From: Octopus vulgaris
Taxonomy: Eukaryota
Direction of reading: 5' to 3'
Length of the DNA: 64,000 nucleotides
NCBI GenBank assembly: GCA_951406725.2
Contig: OX597832.1
Span: 38,378,001 to 38,442,000 of the forward strand
Under the pieces are notes generated by a model. That model saw nothing but the letters and a program-made list of their open reading frames with translations, ran no database searches and was not told the DNA's origin. Shown here piece after piece: positions 41,925-56,144 of the stretch (the first letter of the stretch is position 1; the number at the start of each line of letters is the position of its first letter). Position numbers and translations under genes: made by a program.

Positions 41925-42920
41925 ACAGTAATTTTATAGATACGTCTTTCAAAATTCCTTATTTTATTTCTCACGTGTCCCCTTGTATACGTAAGCAATA
42001 GAGCTTTCTGAGAGAACACATTTCAGTGGCTGTATGTATGTTAAACTGTGTAAAACGTGAGAGAAAGCGTCATAGCGGTTTCTTCGTATAATCCCATCTA
42101 AAGCATTAAATCCTAAAATACAACAGTGGACCACCAATTTACTTTTGGTGTGGACACCGCAAAATCTGGCATGGATTTTCGTTGAAAACCATTTGTATAG
42201 ACTAACCCTGTCAATTCAAATTTTGTCGGTTTCCTACTAAAATTTCTATCGAAATTTGTCACAAAGCCACCAGTTTTGAAGAGAGAAGGCGTCAATTATA
42301 TAAACCTTAGCGCTTAGATAATAATTATTTTATCGACACACAGAGGTTCAAGTGCAAATCTGACACCGACTTCATTTGAACTTAGAATCTGACGAGTTGC
42401 AAGAAATGTAACTAAGCATGTTCTCTGAGCTGCGGACGATTTTGCCAGCTCACCGCCATTTTTAAAATGAGAAATTAATACTCAATGAAATATAAGTGTA
42501 TAAACATGAGGTGAATTGCAGAAAAAATACGAAAGAGAGACAGAGGGAGCGACAGAGAGAGGGAGAGAGAGAGAGAGCGAAAGAGAGAGACAGACAGACA
42601 GACAGAAAGGGAGAGAGGGTGAGGTAGATGGCTTGAAAATAAAATATATAATCGTATATAGAATAATTGTGGGAAAATATGTATATACTCCCTTATCTAT
42701 CTATCCATATATAAAATATATATATGTATGTATGTATGTATGTATATATATATATATATATATATATACACAAATATATACACGTATATATGTGTACATA
42801 TATGTATATATGCATATATATATATATATATATATAAATGTGTCTATTACTTATATAAAGTGTGTATATATCCGTATATTTTTGGGTTTGAGGTATACAT
42901 GTGTTTGTATACGTACATAC

Positions 42921-42986
<66 letters not shown>

Positions 42987-43682
42987 TTTTGATGATGATG
43001 ATGATAATATCAACAATATAATATCAACAACAGTAGTAAATACAAGAGCTAAACTAATGATAATATAAAGAAAGTAAGAATCTGAAATAAAAAAAAAACA
43101 AAAAAGATTTTAAAAAGACAACAATAACAGAACACATAAAAAAAACAAGCTACATATATTACAAGAATAAAATCTCCAAGACATAAAAGAAAGAAAAAAA
43201 AGAACAGAAAGAATCTTGAAAGGAAGCAAGGAAGAAGCGATGGAGATGAAGCCATAAAATGAAGATGGCGTAGATGAAGACAATGATAAGATAGTAATTC
43301 AGAATGGTGTACTGGGGTATCTTATTTAGTTTTATCGTTGGATGTCAATCAAAGACTTGTAGAATCGCTTCCATTTGGGGGAAATATGATAAAAGAAATT
43401 ACCAAAACCTCGATATTAGTACCAAGTTGCTACCGCCGCCATAGCCGCCGCCGCCGTCATCATCATCATCGTCATGGCTGTTTCCCGCCAATGATATTCG
43501 CCTGTGTTTCTTTAGTAGGAATTGTCCCCCACCCGCCTCCCCACTGCTTCCTTTAACTCCTGTCTCCAAAAGCACCAGCGCCACTACCTTCGACATCGCT
43601 TTAAGTTGTTCCTGTCGCCGAGGACACTGGAGGTACTTCGGTACTCATGCCCATTACATTTCATTTAATATGGTTCTTGTGT

Positions 43683-43723
<41 letters not shown>

Positions 43724-43759
43724 ATGCGACCGTGTGTGTGTGTGTGTGCGTGCGAGGTC

Positions 43760-44133
43760 TCTTTTACTTGTTTCAGTCATTTGACTGCGACCATGCTGGA
43801 GCACCGCCTTTTTTTAGTCGAGCAAATCGACCCCGGGACTTATTCTTTGTAAGCCCAGTACTTATTCTATCGGTCTCTTTTGCCGAACCGCTAAGTGACG
43901 GGGACGTAAACACACCAGCATCGGTTGTCAAGCAATGCTAGGGGGACAAACACAGACACACAAACACACACATATACACACACATATATATACATATATA
44001 TGACAGGCTTCTTTCAGTTTCTGTCTACCAAATCCACTCACAAGGCATTGGTCGGCCCGGGGCTATAGCAGAAGACACTTGCCCAAGATGCCACGCAGTG
44101 GGACTGAACCCGGAACCATGTGGTTGGTTAGCA
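43760..44133 (-). mobile_element. SINE family 2, well preserved, lacking the A-box end
   Basis: High similarity to 19031-19465. Confidence 0.9.
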
Positions 44134-44402
44134 ATAAGTATCCGGACTGTTGCCATAGTAACGAAACTAAAGTAGGCAGAGTGAAGCCGCTAGGCAAATA
44201 CTGACATTGACCTCTGCTGCGCATGCGCTGTTTACTGCAGTGCTTGGAAAGAAAGTTTGTAGCGTGTGATCGTCACATTGACCATGACAGACAACGTTGT
44301 CATGGCGACACCTACTCGGAGGCCGACGCAAATTTCCAGAAATTGTTTGGAACCGCATACAAGAGTACGAGTGGTTCAGACGTTTCCAAGACGGCCGAAA
44401 AA
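44132..44402 (+). mobile_element. Mariner 5' remnant
   Basis: TIR-like AATAAGTATCCGGACTG. The peptide RIQEYEWFRRFQDGRK matches the mariner HTH motif (R..VY.WF.RF..GR). Confidence 0.65.
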
Positions 44403-44420
44403 TATCGATATTTAAGTGGC

Positions 44421-44591
44421 TTATCAATTTAACACACTCACTGGTTCGATTTCCACTCATTTACTTATTTAATTTTTCTAAAATTTCCGTTGCTTCTTGC
44501 AAAGTCTTCAATTGTCCATGACTCTCAAATTTTAGGAAAAGACGAATAAGTAAATGAGTGGGAATCGAACCGGGAGTGTGTTGATTAATAA
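44421..44591. mobile_element. MITE-like element with about 65-bp imperfect TIRs
   Basis: AACACACTC..GGTTCGATT.CCACTCATTTACTTATT...CTAAAATTT at 44421-44486, with its inverse at 44527-44591. Confidence 0.8.
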
Positions 44592-44672
44592 GGAAGGCAT
44601 TAAAACAGAATGGGTCTCCCCAGACACTACAGTATATATGTATGTATGTATGTATGTATATATATTCAAAAT

Positions 44673-44885
44673 GTGACCTCGTGTGTAACGTTGGCGAATT
44701 TTTTTCCTCTGTCTTCCCCTCTCTGGATCTTTCCTTTTCCTATGTTTCCGACGAAGAGCTCCGCTCGAAACGTTAAACCCTCCTTCTTCCCTTCTTTCCT
44801 GAGCATCCAATAATACTATATTTGTTCCACATCCTCGCATTGTTGTGTTTTTTTTTTTGTGCTTTCTTGTTTGGATTAACTTTAT
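44673..44885 (+). mobile_element. P-family element (P1) with hammerhead-like motif at 44744-44778
   Basis: GTTT-CCGACGA-A-GAGC-tcc-GCTC-GAA-ACGT-T-AAAC; ends in (TA)n. Confidence 0.72.
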
Positions 44886-45494
44886 ATATATATATATATA
44901 CAGAGAAAGAGAGAGAGAAAGAAAAGTGAAAGAGAGAGAGATACGTGGGTATGTGTGTGTGTGTACGTGTGGGGGAGGGTGTTTGTGCTTGCATGTGTTT
45001 GTGTGTATGTATATGGGTTGCGCGCGCGTGTGTGTATATGTTTTTGTGTGTGTGAGTGCGTGCGTGTATGTGTGTCTGTGTGTGAGTTTCACAGGTGTTA
45101 ACTAGTTTGAACCTCTTGAAAATATCAAGATATGAAAAGAAACCAAATGTGCAATCCTTTGTCTCAACACCAATCATTTGATATCGTTACAATCAGAAGT
45201 GGTGTCCGGCTCCGCTATTTTGGACGGACGAGTCTCTTCTGTCTAGCGGTCAATTAGATCGTCTGTAAATACCATCACCTTTGTCTCTGTTTCTCTCTAT
45301 CTATTTATCTCTATTTCTCACTCCTTCTCAAAGTCTCTCCGCTCACAGGAATTTTATCTTTTAGTCGGGAGGAGATATAGTGTACATGACCCTTAACAGT
45401 GTCTCCATAACTGGTGAGTCGATTTGCTCGATTAAGGGCGATGCTCCAGCATGACCGCAGTCAAATGACTGAAACAAGTAAAAGAGTAAAAGAG

Positions 45495-45525
<31 letters not shown>

Positions 45526-45574
45526 GCATACATATATACATACATACTTACATATCTGCATGAATAAATGGCAA

Positions 45575-45965
45575 TTTCTGTATGTGTATGTGTGTATGTG
45601 TATGTGTGTGAGTGAATTTGTGAATTTGTTACTTTAAGTCCGCCGAGACTATCCAACCGTTCTTGATGAAACTTAACACAAGTAGGGGAATTATGCCCAT
45701 GTTGTCACTTACGCTCTTGGAATTTCAAAACAATCGATAACTTTAATCACCATCGATGTTTCAAAAGGACATTTTAATGCAAATTCTCGTATGATATATT
45801 AATTTCTGCCACAACTTTTTAAGTTTTCAACCGATTTTCTTGAAATTTTATACACAGATGGAATATGCGCCAAGGATTAGTTGAGACAAATAAATTTATA
45901 CTTAGGCCACTCAAGCAAGCCGTAAGAGGATTTTTGATTAACTGATTAACGAAATTTGGCCAAAA
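45575..45965 (+). mobile_element. Possible Helentron/HINE-like remnant
   Basis: (TG)-rich start and repeated CAACCG.T..TTGA.A.TT..ACA motifs at about 45654 and 45828. Confidence 0.3.
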
Positions 45966-46355
45966 TTGTTTTATATATGGAGAGAGAGAGAGAGAGATTT
46001 CTATATGTATATATATATATATAAATATACATATATATGTATGTGTTACTTATCTGAATATGAATGTGTGTGTAAGCATGTGAATATGTGTTCTTGCGTG
46101 CGTATGTATATGTATGCTTGTGCATTATGTGTGTATTCATGTGTGTGCTTGTGTGCATGTGTATGTGTTATTTGCGAGTATTTACAGATATGCCCCTATA
46201 TATATGTGTGTGTATGCATTATCGACATACCTACATATATACACATACTCATCAATAAATGCCTAAATAGTTCTTAAAAGCGATGCACGCAGTACAGAAG
46301 TTAAAAAGGGAAACTGTAATTAGAGTAACAGCTTAATTTCTACGCCACCAACATA

Positions 46356-46420
46356 ATGACGTTTGTCACGTGACGTCTTCATATTGTACGACTGGTGGAT
46401 GGTAGTATCATGACGTCATG
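46356..46420. promoter_or_regulatory. Cluster of CRE and E-box palindromes
   Basis: ATGACGT (46356), GTCACGTGAC (46365-46374) overlapping TGACGTC, and CATGACGTCATG (46409-46420). Confidence 0.3.
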
Positions 46421-46590
46421 TCATACCTCATTTGTCTGCCCCTCTCTTCCCCTTCCTCTCTTTCTTTCTTCAACTTCAAGCTTCATCAACTTGGTTGTCT
46501 TTGAATATTTTCTCACACCTGGGTGAATTTTATCCTCGTTTTGAATTCTTTTGCTTCGTTCATTCACCTACCTACTTTACAATCAACCTT

Positions 46591-46670
<80 letters not shown>

Positions 46671-46723
46671 GCTAGCTCTCTCTCTCTCTCTATATATATA
46701 TATACACACACACATATATATAC

Positions 46724-46754
<31 letters not shown>

Positions 46755-47052
46755 CCTATCTATCTATCTGTCTATCTATCCATTTATCTATCTATTTAGG
46801 CATCTATCTGTCTGTCTATTTGTTTGTCTGTCTCCCTGCCTAGCTAGCTACGCTCACGCTTACACACGCGCACGCTTACACACGCGCACGCAAAAACACA
46901 CGCGCATATACATATACACACACACGCACACATAGACACATACACACATATATAAGCAACGAATTCCAAGAATTCTGCGCAGTGAGAATAAGCCCAAAAC
47001 CATGTGACTGTGAAGCGATACTATTAACCGCAGAGAGATGGTTACAATCTTT

Positions 47053-47552
47053 ATGCTTTCAGTCTTAAAACTGCAGCAATGCTGGGGCCCAGCCTAGAAG
47101 AATTTTAGTCGAACGAATCGGCCCAGATACTTTTAGTTATTAAGCCTAGTACTTATTCTGTTGAACACTTTTGCTGAACCGCCAAGTTACACTGAACGCC
47201 AAGTATGCCGAACGCGCCAACAACGGTTGCCAAGCGGTGGTGGGGGACAAACACAGACCGAAAAACATATGCAAATAGTTACACACAACCATCCAACCAT
47301 CCATCCATCCATCCATCATCATCCATCCATCCATCCATCCATCCATCCATCCATCCATCCATACATACATACATACACTACATACATACATACTATCATG
47401 GATATATGTGTGTGTGTATTATGTATTTATGTATCTATATACGACGGGCTCACGTCTATTGTAAGAGACACTCACCCAAGGAGCCACGCAGTGGGACTGA
47501 ACCTGGCACCATGTGGTTGAGCGGCAAATTCTTTACCACACAGCCACTCCTG
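47053..47552 (-). mobile_element. SINE family 2, degenerate, with internal (CCAT)n
   Basis: Head TTACCACACAGCCACTCCTG and tail are recognisable. Confidence 0.8.
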
Positions 47553-47741
47553 CGTCTATGTTATTTTTTTTCTTTTTCCCATGATCCCATTTTGGCAGAA
47601 ATATAAAGTTTAATGATGCAGAGACTTGAACTTGTAACGATGATGTCATACACAGAACAAGAACAATAGATTTTTGCCAACGATGATGTCTCTACACGAA
47701 CCCACGATCTGCTGGAAATGTGACGAAAGTAACTCTTTATC

Positions 47742-47889
47742 ACAGCCCCGGGCAAACTGCGCTCCGCAGAACTTTTTTAATAGCATGGCCTGACGAGAAA
47801 GTGCCTTGAAATATTTTAGCTGTGCGGCCCGCTTGATGTTGTACAATGTAACATGTGGTCCCCTTCTCGGAATAGGATGTCCCTGCCTG
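47742..47889. mobile_element. Possible hAT-type MITE remnant
   Basis: CAGCCCCGGGCAAACTGCG start, GCGGCCC motifs, ...TGTCCCTGCCTG end. Confidence 0.3.
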
Positions 47890-47939
47890 CTTTATCGTTT
47901 TACAGAGAAGAGGGACACATTAAAGAATTTAGTACAAGC

Positions 47940-47986
<47 letters not shown>

Positions 47987-47987
47987 G

Positions 47988-48031
<44 letters not shown>

Positions 48032-48244
48032 TATTTAATGACCTGCGATAAACAGTAACGAATTTAAAGAATCCAGTTCTATACGTACTACAATCTGCCA
48101 CCGAGTTAGTCCATCGTGTAGTTGTTGTCAGGAAAACGAAATAACAGCTTCAGATATATATATTGCCATCCATGAAATGGATAAATGTTATTATTGTTTG
48201 TTATCTTTCATCAAAACAAATGATGTATGAAAGGAAAACACGGC

Positions 48245-48285
<41 letters not shown>

Positions 48286-49540
48286 TAATAATAATAATAA
48301 TAATAATAATAATAGTGATGATAGAGAAAACCGTGTTCAAGCAAATGAAATATAAACAAAACTGAAAGAAAAGCATGGAAAAGTCAATAAAGTAAATAGA
48401 CGTACAGTGATCCGTGACGAGTGTATTTCATGCGTACAGTGAGAATATCAACTACATCAATAATAGGAAGAAATCCATTATATATATACATATATATATA
48501 CATGTGTATATGTATATATATATATATATATGCAAACATACACGTATAGGTATACATAAATTCATACATACGTACATAGACAAACATATATATATATATA
48601 TATGTATATACACGTAAGTATTTAGGGTACATACAACCACAGATAAGCACATATTTTTGTACGTATGTATAGTGTAAAGTGGGTTGCGATGAGACCATCG
48701 TCAGAGCTAAATCGTAGGTTTTATGTGTTTTAACAAATTGCTTAAAGTCTCTTTACTTCTTCTTTGCTCTTTCAAATAATTGTGCCAGAGAAAATGGCAG
48801 TGGAAGCCACTTGTTAAACCTGAATAGTAGAAAGATGATGCCCGTATGTCACCTGTTTGTCTAAATATCCGGGTATAATACTTTTTAGGGGCGTGTTTGT
48901 ATCTGTCAATGTATGTATGTATGTATGTATGTCATTGTTCAGTTTTATTTCAAGATTTCTTGTCAAGAGAGAAAGAGCCGGTTTCTAACCTAGAACCAAG
49001 GACCCTTCATTGGTATTTAAACATCTACAACAGGGTATGTATGTATGTATGTATGTATGTATGGATGTATGTATGTATGTATGTATGTATGTATGTATGT
49101 GTGTATGTATGTATGTATGTATGTATGTATGTATGTATGTATACGTGCATATTTGTATGTTTTGTTTTTATGTATGTATTCTCATGCATGTAGTTACATA
49201 TCTAGACATCCCCCTATGTATTCAAATGATAAACTTCTGGAAAGTCTTACAGTTCAAATGATGCATTTACAAAGGGAATAGCTGATTCGAAGACTACAGA
49301 TCTGTAGTCTTCGGATTTGCAGGGACGTAAATAAAATACTACCGGTTATCAAGCTGTAGTGGGAGACAAACCCCAGCACAGAGACACAAACACATTGATA
49401 TGTGCTTGTATATATATATATATATATATAGGTAGGTGATAGATAGATAGATATCAACGTTCACATGTATATTTACATACGAATATATTTGCATATACGT
49501 AGATATTAATATATGTACATGTATGTATTTAGATATTATT

Positions 49541-50596
49541 GGTGCGCAAGGTATTTGAGAACATACCCTTTTTGAGTCTTTGCTACATTTTTTGCTAAAT
49601 CTTTGTTATCCTTTTTTTTTTTCAGAAAATTATAATGGCAGACCCTCAACTTACTCAAAAAATTAAAAGGCCCCTGAATTTATCCAGCAAGTTCAACAGA
49701 CCATTGATTACAATTCCAGAAAGCCCATCAGGTCCAGCAGGAACAGTCAGAAATGTCCACGAAGACATCAGACATAAGTCTTATATAATGAGGAATGGTC
49801 AATTTCTCCGAAAAGGCTAAAGAAAATCCCTACATCAAATCTAAAAGACTTAAACAAACTGAGAAGTCCAGCAGAAGATTTGATTTGTTTTTTTTCAGAC
49901 GAGAAAAACTTTGACCAAGGTCAAAAAGTTAACAGAAGAAATGACTTATGGTTACGTGCAAACCCTTCTGAAGTTCCAAGTGTTATGTATACAAAATTTC
50001 CTGCAACTGCCATGGTTTTAGGGGCTGTCAGCAATGAAGGACATGTGATGTTTCCTTACTACTTTCTACAAGGCCTTAGAGTTAACTCTGCTGCCTATAT
50101 TGAGGACCTGGATATAATTGTTAAGTCCTGGGTAGACAGTGTATGCAATGGAAGGCCATATGTGTTTCTGTAAGTCTATGCAATATCACACAGGCCTCTC
50201 TTGTAATACAGGAATGAATGGCAAAAGATTTTCATGATCACGTAACCCCTAACAGTTGGCCTCCTAATTCCCCAGAACTTAATCTGTTGGACTATGACTT
50301 GCGGAGCGTTGTTGGTCAATGAATGCGCTCATAACACTAAAGAGTCTATGAAAGCTACCATAGTCAGATTAACGTCCAAAATGAACCAGGACCACTTGAT
50401 TCGAGCATGTAGATGATTTAGATCTCATATAAAATCAGTTGTTGAAGCTGAAGGTAGCATTATTGAATAACATTATAGAAAAGAAGGTTTATTTTTATCA
50501 TCATAGCATTTTTTGATAAATAAGGTTATAATCTGTTATTATATATCTGTTTTTTATAAACATAAATCTGTCCTCAAATATCAAATATCTTACGCA

Positions 50597-50598
<2 letters not shown>
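49541..50598 (+). mobile_element. Decayed Tc1/mariner-superfamily transposon, DD37D (maT)-like
   Basis: TIRs GGTGCGCAAGGTATTTGA / rc GGTGCGTAAGATATTTGA (16 of 18 match). Transposase remnants lie inside. Confidence 0.85.
49635..50470 (+). pseudogene. DD37D/maT-like transposase pseudogene
   Basis: Motifs FFSDEKNF, TKFPATAMVLGAVS.EG, RPYVF, WPPNSPELNLLDY and VVEAEGSIIE*. Contains stops, frameshifts and an N-terminal deletion. Confidence 0.85.
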
Positions 50599-50655
<57 letters not shown>

Positions 50656-50659
50656 AATG

Positions 50660-51000
50660 TGGAGGTGCAATGGCCCAGTGGTCGTGGGATCGCGGTTTCG
50701 ATTCCTAGACCGGGCGTTGAGAGAATTAATTGAGCGAAAGCACCTAAAGCCCCACAAAGTTCCGGCAGGGGATGGTAGCAAACACAACTATCTCTCACTA
50801 TTTCTTCCTGTTTCTGTTGTAGCTGTATTTGAAAGGGCCAGACTTGACACACTCTGTGTCATGCTGTATCTCCCCGAGAACTACGTGAAGGTTACGCGTG
50901 TCTGTCGAGTGCTCAGCCACTTACACGTTAGTTTCACGAGCGGGCTGTTCCGTTGATCCGATCAACTGGAACCCTTGTCGTCGTAACCGACGGAGTGCCA
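50660..51000 (+). mobile_element. tRNA-derived SINE (fourth type)
   Basis: A-box TGGCCCAGTGGT and B-box GTTTCGATTCC followed by a GC-rich body; lies next to (TA)n. Confidence 0.6.
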
Positions 51001-51189
51001 CGATTGATATTAATGAGCATATATGAATATATGTTCATATATATCTAAATATATGCATGTATGTATGCGTGTGTGCGGGTGTGTATATCCATTTATGTAC
51101 ACGCATATTATATGTGTGCAGTAAATATTATATAGATATTCATGCGTGTGTATACATATGTGTGTGCATATACATGAATATATACATCT

Positions 51190-51610
<421 letters not shown>

Positions 51611-52220
51611 TGTGTATATCGCCTGAGCATATGATGTAAAAAACAGTGAATCAATGCAGAGTTATTGTTTGTTTCTTCCAAGGGTGTGGAGAATGGGGAC
51701 AGCATGGGGGTTGTGGGGGTTTAGTTTGGGGTAGATACATCTAAAGGGGTGGAAAGTGAAGAGAGTGGCGGGGCGGTCGGTGATTCAATCTTGTTCTCTG
51801 ATGTTGCTGTTGTTGTCGTTCGTGTTTATTACTTAAAGTGTGACTTTTGTTTTAAAACAAACAACATCGGATGGAGCGGAGGACGGTAGGGGGTGGTGGG
51901 CGTGGGGGGTGTCGAAGGGGGTAGGAAAAGCGTGAAGGAAGGGAAGAGAGAAGAAGGAGAAAAAGGAGGAGAAGGAGGAAGAGGAGGCAAAGGAGGAGGA
52001 GGAGGAAAATAAAGGAAAGCGGATGAGTAGGAAAGAAAGCATGAGAAATTTTTTTTAACATTCCCAAAGAAGCGTGAAATCTGAAAACAACACAGTGTAA
52101 TAACAATAACAACAACATCTACATACAACTGCTGCTGCTGCTGCTACTACTACTACTACTACTACTACTAGAAGTAGTTGTAATTGGTGTTACTACTACA
52201 TGTTAATATTTCATCAGCAC

Positions 52221-52588
52221 AAAGGCGGCGAGCTGGCAGAATCGTTAGAATGCGAGGAAAAATGTTCAACAGTGTTTTTTTTGTCCGTCTTTACTTTCTG
52301 AGTTCAAACTCGGCCCGAGGTCGACTTTGCCTTTCATCGTTTTTCGGCGTCGATAAAATAACTATCAGCGAAGCACTGAGTTCGATGCAATCGAATCTAC
52401 CCTTTTCCTCAAAATTGCTGGCCTTGTGCCAAAATTTGAGATCGTTATTTCATTACACATCCAAGACGGCAAGCTGGCAGAACCGTTAGCACGCCGGGCA
52501 AAATGCTTCGTAGCATTTTTGCCCGTCTTTACGTTCGGAGTTCAAGCTTCTCCTGTCGTGCTAACGATTCCGCATGTTCGCCGCCTTG
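52221..52588 (+). mobile_element. SINE family 1 copy, followed by a head fragment and an inverted head fragment
   Basis: AAGGCGGCGAGCTGGCAGAATCGTTAG at 52222, second head at about 52463, and reverse head GTGCTAACGATTC...CGCCGCCTT at 52558-52588. Confidence 0.8.
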
Positions 52589-53121
52589 GTTCATCGGTAA
52601 GTATTGCGCCCTAGAAGCGTTCTTCATACGAATCTTTTAGCCTGTTTTCTCTTATTTTTATATCTACCCATCAGACTTTTAAATTCAGTTCCACAAGTTC
52701 GCACTCTTTGATGGTTTAATGTCTTCGAAAAGCATAACTTTAGTCTTATGGTCACAGCCGTGTGGTCTCTTAGCAGCACCTTCGATTCGGTGATATAGTA
52801 CCTTTATTTTGACATATTTCACACTTCCAGGCCTATGCCTACCGATGCGTGCTTCTTTGTTAATATTAGAAATAAAAGCTTTATCACCTGTGTGCTCAGC
52901 ATCAGTAATCATTGTTGCAGAATGACGTTTGTTTTTTCAAGGAGCTGTTTGGAAACATGTCTCGTTTGCATTTGCTATTGCAAAGTCGTAATTAATAATC
53001 TAAGGCTATAATGAATAGGAAACGTGGAAGGATTCAGTGTGATACCCTGTAGTAGTCCCACCAGATTCTCAAAGAAATCTGTATCACTTTAAGGTGGTAA
53101 AAACTGAGTAAGGATACCTTT

Positions 53122-53540
53122 CTTATTTCTTTACTGCCCATAAGGGGCTACACACAGAGGGGACAAACAAGGACAGACAAACGGATTAAGTCGAGTACAT
53201 CGACCCCAGTGCGTAACTGGTACTTATTTAATCGACCCCAAAAAGATGAAAAGCAAAGTCGACCTCGGCGGAATTTGAACTCAGAACGTAATGTCAGACG
53301 AAATACCTATTTCTTTATTGCCCACAAGGGGCTAAACACAGAGAGGACAAACAATGACAGACAAACGGATCAAGTCGATTATATGGAGCCCAGTGCGTAA
53401 CTGGTACTTAATTTATTGACCCTGAAAGGATGAAAGGCAAAGTCGGCCTCGGCGGAATTTGAACTCAGAACGTAGCGGCAGACGAAATACTGCTAAGCAC
53501 TTTGCCCGTCGTGCTAACGATTCAGCCAGCTCGCCGCCTT
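53122..53540 (-). mobile_element. SINE family 1 dimer with tail B on both units
   Basis: Junction at 53306/53307 is identical to the other dimers. Confidence 0.9.
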
Positions 53541-54092
53541 GAGATGCTTTTCTAAAGAGTGTTGGTTTCATGATGGCTGCTAGAATACGATATACCTCGG
53601 GAATCTGTATCAATTTCATGAACTGAGGTGAAGGCATGGCTGAAATCTACGAACGATATAAGAACTTTCATGTTCCGTTGTTTGATATATTCGATATACT
53701 TTCGTTTTGTAAGGTTTTACGAGACAATGTTTTTGAAGAAAAGGAAATGAAGCTGTAACTCAATTGTTACTGAGAGTCAGAACACGATAAAGGAAGAGGT
53801 AACCGAGAAAATATGTGCAGCAGTTGCTGGAGGACAGAAACGTTGTTGCGTTGCAGATATGATGGAAAATAGGGAAGGAAGTGTGGGGGGAGGCTGGTTA
53901 TAGAAATCCGAAGGCATGTGACGTCACACACATACACACACACAGACACATAACACACGCACACGCACACACAAACATACACATTTAAAATAGGTATATC
54001 TATCTATCTATCTATCTATCTATATATCTCGTCCTTTTTTACCTTTCTTCTTCTACCTCCATTTTTCCACTTGTGTCGCCACCACTTACACC

Positions 54093-54294
54093 TGACCTCG
54101 TGTGTACCGTTGGCTATTTTTTTTCCTCTGTCTTCCCTTCTCTGGATCTTTCCTTTTCATATATTTCCGACGAAGATCTCCTTTCGAAACGTTAAACCCT
54201 CCTTCTTTCCTTCTTTCCTGAGCTTCCAATAATACTATATTTGTTCCACGTCCTCGCGTTGTTGTGTTTTTTTTGTGCTTTCTTGTTTGGATTA

Positions 54295-54300
<6 letters not shown>
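54093..54300 (+). mobile_element. P-family element (P1) with disrupted stem II
   Basis: TTT-CCGACGA-A-GATC-tcc-TTTC-GAA-ACGT-T-AAAC; ends in (TA)n. Confidence 0.7.
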
Positions 54301-54373
<73 letters not shown>

Positions 54374-54460
54374 GTATAAATATATACATACAAATATGAA
54401 GCTGAATTTCTCTCTCTCTCTTTCTCACTCACTCACTCTTATATACATGTATACATACAC

Positions 54461-54491
<31 letters not shown>

Positions 54492-54963
54492 TGTATGTGT
54501 GTATACAAAATAGACGTGAACTCCAAGAGGGCACGAGACGCTCAATATGTACCTGTCAAGGTCAGCTTTGCATTTATTCCTTACGGAGTGAATAAAATAT
54601 GGCACTGGTCAAATACCGACTCGATGTCATAGACTAATCCCCTTCCCTTGGGCCAAAATTAAGAACAAATATTGTTATCATAAGCAACGTCACATAACCG
54701 AATACTACGTTTTTAACTTTGATTGCGTCATATTATATACATGAATGATTAACTTAAGATATACTAATCCCTTACAAAGAGTTTCTTTACTTTAAGTGAA
54801 GTACTACATCAGCAAAAACAAAAAGAATTTATCTTCCCCCTTGATCTCTGCGAAAATATGAATAGAACTTTGCAGATGAGAAGTGCGAAATCTTACACAT
54901 ACACACACTTAGTACATACATACATACATACATATATATATATATATGTATATAAAAATACAC

Positions 54964-55014
<51 letters not shown>

Positions 55015-55326
55015 CACATACATATATATATATATATATACATACATACACACGTATATATATATATAGACATATACATATGTACATATAAATACATACA
55101 TCTATATACCAGCATATATATATATATACATATTTGTATAAATGTATGCGTGTGTTTGTATATATATATATATATGTATATATATATGTATGTATGTATA
55201 TATATATATATGTATGTATGTATATATATATATACATACATACATACATACATATATATATATATACATACATACATATATATATATATATACATACATA
55301 CATAAATATATACATACATATATATA

Positions 55327-55362
<36 letters not shown>

Positions 55363-55642
55363 TGTAGTACAAACTGACGTAAAAAACAATGATAAAGATC
55401 AGAGTGAAGGAGTAGCTAACGATTTCACGCTAAGAAGTGTCTTTAGTTGGTGTGTAATGAAACAAACATGTACGTGTGTATATCGTATTATATCATCACT
55501 CCCTCTTTCGCGATGTCTAAGTGTGTATGTGTACATGTGTGTGTGTGTAGGTGTGTGCATTTACGTATAGACGCATGTATACAAATATACACACACACAC
55601 ATCTACTACGTACTACACTTGCATGCATAAATACATATATAC

Positions 55643-55708
<66 letters not shown>

Positions 55709-56088
55709 GGTAGGCTGTTGTTATTAGCATACAAACATTTTAAGAGATTACAACATATCCATGTTGTAAACGTGTGGAATCGTTTAATGTGTGTGTGTGT
55801 GTATATGTGTGTCTGTGTCCGTGTGTGCGCGCATGTTTGTGTACGTTTTATGCATGTGTCAAAAATAAATAACATGTGAACGTAATAACATGTAAGCATG
55901 TGTTTCTTTAAGTTATATATGCGTGGTTATGAGCGTGTGTATATATATACATACATAAATATATATATATACACACACAGATAGACAGATAGATACATAT
56001 ATATATATATATGTATATATCTATCTATATATATGCGTATATTTTTGTGTGTGTGAAAATTTATATATATATGTTTATATGCATATGC

Positions 56089-56144
<56 letters not shown>

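Noticed and set aside
47786-47830. CTGACGA...GAAA motif
   Set aside because: No stem I pairing adjacent to the core.
49880-50173. 97-aa ORF as a functional gene
   Set aside because: It is a fragment of a disrupted transposase, with a stop in place of the second catalytic Asp region.
52685-52912. 75-aa complex ORF
   Set aside because: No recognisable motif or splice signals; it may be old transposon debris and cannot be supported.
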